Assembly (NCBI GenBank): GCA_003693705.1
Contig: RBZT01000234.1
Location: forward strand, 20,282 to 84,281
Source: Polymyxa betae A26-41
Lineage: Eukaryota > Protista > Endomyxa: Phytomyxea
Reading direction: 5' to 3'
DNA: 64,000 nt
In this document: piece after piece, positions 25,901-34,605 of the stretch
Numbering within the stretch: the stretch's first letter is position 1
How the letters are laid out: each line of letters starts with the position of its first letter
The notes under the pieces: generated by a model
Database searches by the model: none
The model's input: only the letters and a program-made list of their open reading frames with translations
What the model was told of the DNA's origin: nothing
Translations under genes and position numbers: made by a program

Positions 25901-26673
25901 TGGCGATGACGACGCAGCGATTCGGTCTGACGGCGAACGCAGCCGACGCTGTACGCCAGCCATTGCCGAATCGCCGACCGCGATCGGTGCAGTACGACTC
26001 GGCGTAGACGTACCAGCCCGGCCCTGGTCCGCAGCCTGGATCTGAACACCGAACGCCACCCCGAGAGAGCCCGCTGACGGCGGCGGCGATCAACCAGCTG
26101 GAAAACGGCGTGCTCAAGATGCTGACCGTACTGCCCCTGCTCCTGACGAACATATCGCCGCCACTGCTGCAGGTAACAGCGCTCCGTGCTAATGGTCGAC
26201 GTGTGCTGCAACAGAGCATGACGCCGTACTGTCCCGAATGCTTGGCGCAGGGCAGCGGCCCGCGTAATGCGGACAGCGCGCTGCAGCCGCCTCCGCAACA
26301 GACGACGTTGCGTGGTCTGCAACCGCCATGTTTGGACGGTACGACTCAATCGGACCCGGCGGCATTGCTGACGGAATCGGCGCGTTTCTCGCCGGCGGTC
26401 CTGACAAGCGCGCCATGCGTGGAACGCTCGTCGCCGCCTCTGTTGCTGCCGATGTCGAGCGACGAAATCGCCGGCGAACGCATCGGCGTCATCCTGGTTG
26501 AGGAAGACGGCTCGTGCAGCGGCCATGATGATGGGTGATAGAAGCCCCCGATGCAGAGCTGACGCTAATGCAGCCTGTGCAGCATACCATCGGTCCAGAT
26601 GAGATGCTTGATGTAACAGATTGTGTCGCAGAACGGCCACCAGATTGGCATCGGAGTCGCCAGCTGGGGCCAT
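16967..26673 (-). CDS. Giant Sfi1-like (centrin-binding Trp repeat) protein with coiled coil and C-terminal GAS2/GAR domain
   Basis: From ATG 26673 there are dozens of Arg-rich helical repeats of the type A/L-x-x-W-R (RRAFHAWR, ALSGWR, MAFQKWK, CFQRWRQ). The junctions I checked splice in frame (25700-25745, 24821-24872, 24660-24710, 21705-21757, 21126-21177, ~18339-18393, ~17849-17933, ~17224-17277). The last exons read IYRLGRDRLYIQIIQGKLM-x-RQSGRYVDLLQWL, which is GAR-like. Not every junction was verified. Confidence 0.7.
21149..21171. repeat. Head-to-head telomere-like repeats inside intron 21126-21177
   Basis: aaaccct-aaaccct-aagggtttt. Confidence 0.75.
21720..21756. repeat. Degenerate telomere-like (CCCTA) array inside intron 21705-21757
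   Basis: taaaccctaaccctagagccctaagaccctaatccta. Confidence 0.75.
25709..25740. repeat. TTTAGGG-type telomeric repeat array inside intron 25700-25745
   Basis: ttagggttttgagggtttagggtttagggttt (four units). Confidence 0.85.
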
Positions 26674-26891
26674 ACTGCCCCCTTCCCAGGTTGTCGGATT
26701 TGTGGGTCTCAACAGCAATGTTCTGTGCCGAGTATGAAACCTTGCAACATCTGGTCTGGTTGCCGTTTTTTCTCTTTTTTTCAAAAAAATTCGATTATAA
26801 CGATATCAGTTAATCCATTATTGTAAACGTTGTTAGGCATGTTTTTATGTGTGTTTTGACAAAACGTCGAAGTTTGAAGGGTGGATGGGAT

Positions 26892-27565
26892 CTAAAGCCA
26901 AATGGAAGGGTACTTCTTCCTCCTGAACTTTTCAAATACGATCGTGAATACGATCAGAATACAGGACCCTATGATAAGCGGGAACATCAGATAGAAGAAC
27001 GAGACCATTGACAACGGTTGATGAGCTATTATATAGGCTGTAGCACCACCAGGTGGATAGGAGATTCCAATCACCTAACAAATCACAAATCAATATTTCC
27101 TCTCTCTACAATTCCATCCCGAAAAATCACAGCGATATTTGAAAACAGCGAAATTTCAACATCATTTCGCATCGCTGGGAAATGTTCGCTTAAGGAAATC
27201 TGCTCGTGCAGACGGATCACCTTCATGAGCATTGTGCTAACAGCAACGGACAACGATGAACGAATCCATGTTGATGATGGCGCTGGCAATGCATAGGCGA
27301 AGGCAGAGGCGGTGACCGCTGACAAGACCTGCCCGCCAATCACATGTCGAGGGATGGCGGCCACCGACGTCGGAATCGCATACATGATGACGACGGCGGC
27401 GCCGAACGACCCGTTCAGCCATGGGAAGTTGGTGGCGACGGTCAGACCTTCGAGGACGATGAAGGTGACGAACGGACCCAGGAACGAATTCAGAATGTGG
27501 CGGGGATAGGGCGGGCGCCACGATCGGGACACCCACGTCTCCCGCTCTGCTTTCACCGAGAACAT
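26892..27565 (-). CDS. HPP-family membrane transporter (2 exons: 27565-27221, 27074-26892)
   Basis: GSFGAAVVIMYAIPTSVAAIPRHVIGGQ and ISYPPGGATA motifs, with several hydrophobic helices. Confidence 0.88.
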
Positions 27566-27852
27566 TACAGATGAACCCAGCCTCCGATCATAGATTTCGA
27601 CAACGTCGATGAAAAGAGCCCAGCGAAGGTTAATCAGTCTCTCGTGATATGGGTCAAATCTGGAATCAGTTTTTATTATAAAGTCGTTGGTGACTCTGAA
27701 AATGAAACTTTTTATTGGATTAAAATCGACTTTGAAATTTATTACTGCATATTATAGAGAGAAATTTGAAGTGAGACGATCGAGCGCTTATAGAGAAGAA
27801 ACCGTCATCGTGGGTGCAGTGTTTGCTGACAGACAACATCATAGTTAGTCCG

Positions 27853-29710
27853 ATGTTCTTATGGAGGCTGGGGCGGCGACGGCGTCCGTTCTGCAGGTTC
27901 CTGTCGGTCGTGGCCAAGGACAACCAGCAGCGCTATGATCTGGTCGTGATCGGGTCGGGGCCGGCCGGCCAGAAATGTGCCATCAATGCTGCGAAGATGA
28001 ACAAGCGGGTGGCCATCGTCGATAGCGGCGTCATGATGGGAGGCGTCTGCGTCCATAAAGGCACAATCCCGAGCAAGACGTTTCGGGAAGCGATTCTGTA
28101 TCTAACGGGATACAGACAGCGAGGTTTCTATGGCCGAGACCATCAGGAACGGGAACGAATCGATTTCTATGATGTAAGTCCTGTCTAACAAATTCGTTCA
28201 AGCTGTCTGTAAATCTTGTTCAAATAACCTTTATTATGAATGCAGCAGTTGAATGGTTTGTGCTGTAGATTATGGAGCGAGTGAAGAAGGTTGAAGGATG
28301 GGAGACCGAAGTCATCGTCTCGCAGCTGCAGCGAAATAACGTGACGGTGACGCGAGGCCTGGCGTCGTTTATCGATGCCAATCGCATCCAGGTTCAGCAT
28401 GATCCCAGAGAGGCTGCTGAAGGAGTTGTTCATGATTCGGTACGTTTTCTGCTGCTTTTTACCTCGTTGTAATGGCTTAGCTGGTTGTCTCTTGTGTTTC
28501 ATGCAAAATCTGAATCATCTCCGTCCAGAGCATGATAGAATTTGATTACGCTATGGTAGCTACCGGAACATTTCCTGCCGGATCGCCATTATATCCCTTC
28601 GACAGCAAATACGTTTTCGATTCGGACTCGATCCTGAGCGTAACAGCCGGAAATGTTCCTAAGAATATGATCGTCGTTGGTAGTGGCGTCATTGCTCTAG
28701 AATACGCCTCAATGTTCAATGCATTACCTGGGTTGGTTGCGATGCTTCTCCCATCTTTATCGCAGAAGCGTTCGTGTTCGTGGAACAATGCGTATTGACG
28801 TCCTTTCAGATCGCGGGTGACGATCATCGACAAAGCTGCTCAATTTTTGAGTTTCGCAGATCAGGAAGTCTTGGACGTTCTTCGCGATAGCATGCGTGGG
28901 AACGGAGCAACTTTTAGGTTGGGCGAAACCGTCACCAAAGTCGAGGTTCGCGAAGGTCGCGTCCATGTCTGGCTGGAATCTGGAAAGATAGTCAAAGGCG
29001 ACGCGCTGCTATACGCTGTGGGCCGTCAAGGGAATACTGCCAATCTGAATCTGGAAGCAATCGGCATTGAACCAAACAATCGCGGTCTGATTCCAGTGAA
29101 CCAGCAATATCAAACCAGCGTCCCGAACATCTATGCTGCTGGAGATGTAATTGGGTTCCCTGCACTGGCGTCGGTGTCGATGGAGCAGGGTCGAATCGCA
29201 TCCAATCACATGTTCAAAATGCCAATCGAGAGCAGCATCAACTTGTTCCCGTACGGGATCTACACGATTCCTGAAATATCCATGGTTGGCGCTAGTGAAC
29301 GTGATCTAACACATAAACGGATCCCTTATGAGACCGGCGTTGCCAAGTTCGATGAGCTGGCTAAAGGGCAGATGTTGGGGCTCAAGCATGGGTTTCTGAA
29401 GATTCTCTTTTGCCCCAACACCAGAAAATTGCTCGGTGTCCACGTTATTGGTAAATTTGCTTTCTTTGTTGATTGTCGCGTAGTCTATGCCTGACCTAAA
29501 GACAGGTGAAAACGCCACAGAAATCATCCACATTGGGCAAACTGTATTAACGATGGGCGGAACTATTGATTATTTCAGAGACCACGTGTTCAATTTTCCT
29601 TCTTTCACTCAGGTAGAGATGCCTAGATGCAAATTAAGGCTTAGCAGAATCACGACCCTCTGTAATAGGCATACCGGGACGCCGCTTTGGACGGAATACG
29701 AAGGCTCTAA
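27853..29710 (+). CDS. sthA: Soluble pyridine nucleotide (NAD(P)+) transhydrogenase, SthA/UdhA type, with putative mitochondrial presequence
   Basis: Six exons: 27853-28173, 28269-28439, 28529-28731, 28810-29450, 29506-29612, 29669-29710. Motifs [32 protein letters not shown] (CxxxxT), [51 protein letters not shown] and [17 protein letters not shown]. Confidence 0.92.
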
Positions 29711-29728
29711 TACAATACTTCGTCTCGG

Positions 29729-31062
29729 CTATTGATCCGAGATTGTTTCACGAACTGCTTTCATCATATTATATGATACGTTAATTGGGAACGTCGCAAA
29801 CCAAATCGTTCGCTTGAACTGTCGTGCCAACCACGGAGCCTTTTCTTCTAAATGTCTCTCTATCATCATACGTTATTACAACTCTGCAACACGCTCGCCA
29901 AAAAGAGGAATTGTCGAAAGTTTGTGAGAATTGAGAAATATTGTGGGAATTTGCTACCTAAGATATCAGGCAGTCTATAGCCCTCATCACCTTCGGCAGA
30001 AACCAGTGATTCAACCAGAAGCTCCTCCATCCGACTTTTATCAACACTAAGTATCCTTGCCTCATGCTGTGCTTCAGCAAGGACGCACTCCATCTGTTTT
30101 ATACGCTCCGTTACGTGTCTCATTTCATCTTGCAGCCCACTAAGGATTCTTTGTGAACGGTGTTCTTCTTCCTCCAATAGCTCCCGAATTATTCGGTTGT
30201 GAGCGCTAACAGACCATTTTCAGAGTTAACAATCCAAAATCGATGTCTTAAAAAAATAGTGCCAACCTCGCCTGCTTTCTCCAGAGCTTAATTTGAGTGC
30301 TACGAGAACATTGTCTTCTATCTGCGGCGTTAAGAGCTGTTTGAACTACAGAAGCTTCATCGCGGATACGACGCAGCTCATTCTCCAGAACTTGCTGATG
30401 AACAGAGGCTAATGTGATAATTAGGAAAATGTTGTGATCAAAGACTACCGAACCTATGATTTGCAGCTTCACCAAATCTGAGTTTAACTGCTGAAGACCT
30501 TGGAAATCATGCGAGCGTATGGAATCGAATCCTTTCACAACAGTTTGTCTTTGAAATGGAAATTGATCGCAACGCTAATTGCCAGTTAGGAACAAAAACG
30601 AAAAAGAACATTCACTAGCAACTTGCTCGAATCGCTCAATTTCAGTAGAGAGGTAAAACTGAACTTGAGCAAGATGGCGCTGAAGTGAGAATAGAGCAGA
30701 TCTGTTATCGTCACCGTCTGCGTTTTCAAATCCTGGAATATCGTCGATGACCAGGATGAGCATATCTTCAAGCCGTCGCATGCGGGATATAGATTTGGAT
30801 AAGTTACGAATAGAAGCATCAGCCTATTATTTCTCAGTATTGCAAATCAGCACAACCGCCTTTATAAAAGTTTATTGTAGGTATGAGTACTTAGCAAACA
30901 AGGGCATAACCCCAAACTTTAGGACTTATTAAAACATAGGTGCATCAACCAAATTACGACGTACAGAAGCGGATGCATTCTGATTTTCAGGCCAATACTG
31001 GCACAAGGATGCCGACTCCTGGTCCTGACGAACAATGATTCGTCCCTCCTGGTGGTCGTCAT
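29729..31062 (-). CDS. Coiled-coil hypothetical protein (multi-exon, start uncertain)
   Basis: Minus-strand coiled-coil exon fragments (30575-30781, 30248-30538, 29866-30177). The last exon reads EEKAPWLARQFKRTIWFATF...ISDQ-stop at 29729. Confidence 0.55.
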
Positions 31063-32075
31063 GACTTGAGGATTGCATGAATGGCTAGCAAGTGCCAAGT
31101 ACTGTACCAAAAAACGGATTTAAAATCGCGTTACATGCAAGCCAAAAAGTAGGCGCTCACAGTCGCGCAAAAACTGCTGCGCAACATTCCTGTCACTCAC
31201 AAAAACAAAAAATCAAAGCAGTCCTAGTCCGCAATGTGAATTTGATCCGCACTGTGTTTACAGTTTTCTTTTTTTTATGCGTGATAAACCGGAAAGATGC
31301 AATAGTCATATGGAAGATCCATATGGAAGGATGGAGTCCAAAAAGCGTACCAGCGATGACCTGCTTCGAATTTCGCGAATTCTACAGTTTATAGTCTATA
31401 AAACGAAAGTATTTTGTGTTATTTTTAAAACCAGCGGACTGTTGCAATTCCCTCTTCTTGACAAATCATGTCTCGGTCTAACTATCGCCAAGTTACGATC
31501 CTGTTGAGTGCGGTCGAAACCAACGAGCTCATTAAACTGCTCGGTTCCCGCTGTTTCACATCGATAACATGATAATTTCCACCATCAACTAAATAGATAT
31601 GCATGGCAACCCAGCGACATTCGAGTTTACTATTAATTCCACCATAGTAACTCAGAATCCATTATGCCAGATGATCGAAAATTGTTCGGTGTCATCGACG
31701 TCTTGGATCGGAGCGAAGCAAAATTTTGTTAATCTTTACTGACAGAAATTCCAGATTTTTTTTTCGTTTTCATTTCAAACTGGCTGATTTCTTTCATCCT
31801 AGTGGAATTCCAGCTCTGGAATAAGACAATAGTGAGATCCCCCACCTACCGATCACCTTACGAAATGGTTTCTTGCCATTAGCTAATCGGCCAGGTAGTC
31901 TAAACTGGCTTTACAGTTGTTGGAAATCAACATCAGTCTTCGTATTGGTTATTTTGCTGGTGCTATAGACTTCTAATGCGCCGATTCATTTGAAGGAAAC
32001 GTGAGAGTCGACTGAAGTGCAGCAAAAAGTCGAAGTCGCGGCCTCGATCCAATCCATATCGAGGTTGCTGTCCGC

Positions 32076-32801
32076 ATGGACAATGGCGACCTGGTGTGGT
32101 CGTCTCCAACCAAGCCAGACGCCAGCGTCCGGGCGGAAGGTGAACGACGGCCGGAATCATCCGACAGCTCCATTCCTGGGGTCACCATCAGGACGCTTAA
32201 TCCTAATGATCTGGACAACCTGCGCCAGCTCGATAAGCTTCTGTTCCCGGTCACCTATTCTGATTCGTTCTATCATAATCTGCTAGCGAATCCTAACCTA
32301 AACAGGGTTGCTGTGAATGCTGATCGCGTATGCCATGATCATCTGAAAACCAGCAGGTGCTGATATGAAATATTTTAGGAAATTGTTGGCTGTGTCACCT
32401 GCCGTTATGTTCGCTATAAACAGTATGGCCGCTCTGTATGGGTATCGACGATTCCACAATGTGTTGGATATATTTCGACTTTGGGTGTCAGTCCGAATTA
32501 TCGCCGCCGTGGTCTAGGAAAACGTCTTCTAGAAATCGCCCTAGAGGAGCTTAGCAAAGAATGCAACACTGTTATATTGCATGTGAAAGCTGATAATACC
32601 GCTGCAATTCAGCTCTATCTTAACGCTGGCTTCGTTCGGGTTAAATATTTACCGAATCATTACTTGTTCGATAATCAGTATCACGACGCCATTCAGCTGC
32701 AACGAGGTCAATGTGATACTATTCACTCTTTAGATTCAGCACTGGACCATGAGGATGATGGCTCGTGGCTTTCGTGGGCACCCAGATGTACCATATTCTA
32801 G
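32076..32801 (+). CDS. GNAT N-terminal acetyltransferase, NAA60/NAA50-like
   Basis: LFPVTYSDSFY, YISTLGVSPNYRRRGLG, LHVKADNTAAIQLY and YLPNHY. One intron at ~32328-32379. Confidence 0.88.
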
Positions 32802-32942
32802 CCAAATTTAGATTTCATTATGCATTACCCATATATCGATTATTGTATTTATCTGTTTAACTAAAGTCTGAATTCGCAGTCTCGATGTTTGTCTGTTAAG
32901 TTGAACAGAATTCATGCTTGGAAGCTTTATTGAACTTTTGCA

Positions 32943-34133
32943 TTAATATACCTCCCAGTGCAGGGACCAAGGGCCTTGGTAATGCTCTTTCTTGCCAGAA
33001 GAGAGATTGTCGACTTCGATTTGGGTGACATCCCGAACCTGATCAAGATTGAGCCCATTACAGAACTGAAAGTAGGCTTGCGTGACATCGACAACACGAT
33101 CATACTCAAGGCGGGCCATGTTCATCATATCGCGATGCATCATCCCAATCATGCCCATAAAACCAGCTGGTTTGCCATTGAACGTGACCCGGATTGTTTG
33201 AGAATCCATCGGAGAGGTCACGTTATGAAGCAACACAATTAAATGTTTGTGATCGGGAACGCCAGCTTCCATAGGTTGGAATTGTATTCCGGTGCCGATA
33301 CCTCCATCAACAGCAGAAGCCGCTCGTCGGAAAACATCATTATATGGAAATTTTACATTTCGACCGTATGCTGCTTGAAACGTCGTAGTGGATCCCACGA
33401 GATCATAGCCTCCGACAACCTGATCGTTAAAAGCGGCTAAATTAGCTTTCGGATGTAGTGCTATCCACATCGAAAACACGACGTTAACGAAAGAATGATG
33501 TAGCCAGAAGATCGGGTCAAATGCCGACGTCTTGACAGGAACCATTGTACCACCGATACTGTTGTGGACGATAGCATGAACGGCTTCCAGCTCGCGTTGA
33601 AATTCGCCAAAGTCGTTTCGTGTTAATGCACGATAAACGTATTCGGCAAGATACGGCGCACTCAAATCTTGCCAATCACGGGTGGTTAAGACGTTTCGTA
33701 GTTCGCCACCCTGTGCACTATCGTACATGTAGCCAGTGTTTAGAGGGTTTCGTTGCCCTTTGTATGTTGGAGAATCGATAATTGGAATATGAATCTCTTC
33801 GGTCCAGTCCCAATACGGCCACATATAGCCCAACTCGTTTTCCATGAAGATCAGATACGCCCGATGCCATGCAAGAAAGGTTGGTTTTTCGTGTGGGCAT
33901 TGATACCGGTCATCACCATGCATTCGAGCGATATCAACGTATTTGCCAGACTCTTGAAGACGGCCAAGCTTGCCAAGAAACTTGTCAAGATCGGAACTGG
34001 ATTCAGCTAGAGCTCGGATATCAACAGGTGTTTGAGCATCAGATTTGTTAAGCAAGAGAAGCACGACGCCGATCGTGATTCCAACGGCGATTAATGACAC
34101 GCCCATCAAAATTATTGCTCGTTTGCTGACCAT
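32943..34133 (-). CDS. Tyrosinase / type-3 copper oxidase with N-terminal membrane anchor, intronless
   Basis: CuA site MHG...QCPHEKPTFLAWHR and CuB site EAVHAIVH...AFDPIFWLHH. Residues ~6-28 are hydrophobic. Confidence 0.93.
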   Translation of the reverse strand: MVSKRAIILMGVSLIAVGITIGVVLLLLNKSDAQTPVDIRALAESSSDLDKFLGKLGRLQESGKYVDIARMHGDDRYQCPHEKPTFLAWHRAYLIFMENELGYMWPYWDWTEEIHIPIIDSPTYKGQRNPLNTGYMYDSAQGGELRNVLTTRDWQDLSAPYLAEYVYRALTRNDFGEFQRELEAVHAIVHNSIGGTMVPVKTSAFDPIFWLHHSFVNVVFSMWIALHPKANLAAFNDQVVGGYDLVGSTTTFQAAYGRNVKFPYNDVFRRAASAVDGGIGTGIQFQPMEAGVPDHKHLIVLLHNVTSPMDSQTIRVTFNGKPAGFMGMIGMMHRDMMNMARLEYDRVVDVTQAYFQFCNGLNLDQVRDVTQIEVDNLSSGKKEHYQGPWSLHWEVY

Positions 34134-34476
34134 AAGTCAACGTGCTCGCAAGTGCCGTTTGTTGATGGCAACAACGGTGCCAGGGGATTGGTAAATTGCC
34201 AGAAGGCTTGGGATTGGATGGCCCTTTGGAGATGGAATTTAGCCCGGTTCCGATTCTGGAAGAAGCATCGGAAGTGACTCATGCGGGGTCGGCTGTCGAT
34301 TTGGGTGCGGCAGTTCGGGTGTTGCTGCCAGAGACGCCAATGTGCTGTCGCCATCGCATCCGTATGAAGTCGTCAGCATGCCTATTAAGCATAACATAGA
34401 AGATTGTCAAGATTTCAAATAAATTTCATACGAAAATCTCGAGTATCGTAACAGGTCTTCGCGGGACCTGCAGCCC

Positions 34477-34484
34477 TATAAAAG
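34477..34484 (+). promoter_or_regulatory. Candidate TATA box in the divergent tyrosinase/DENN intergenic region
   Basis: TATAAAAG about 125 bp upstream of the DENN ATG. Confidence 0.3.
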
Positions 34485-34605
34485 GGGTGACAAATTCAAT
34501 TTGCTGCTTGGGGCGGCCACCTCTTCTCTTTGACGATCATAGTGTATGTAATATCGGTCGGAGCTGCTGCATGATCGCCTGATCGTATGGCCGTTGGCCA
34601 GCCGA

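Noticed and set aside
17688-26813. Many + strand and alternative-frame ORFs over the Sfi1-GAR gene (e.g. 18545-19102, 26110-26538)
   Set aside because: They are shadow ORFs of GC-rich coding sequence with no motifs of their own.
27853-29710. Dihydrolipoamide dehydrogenase or glutathione reductase call
   Set aside because: It lacks the CxxxxC disulfide and the C-terminal HPT His. The motifs fit SthA.
31092-31960. Short ORFs and a CATATGGAAG direct repeat
   Set aside because: No coherent gene model or recognisable motif.
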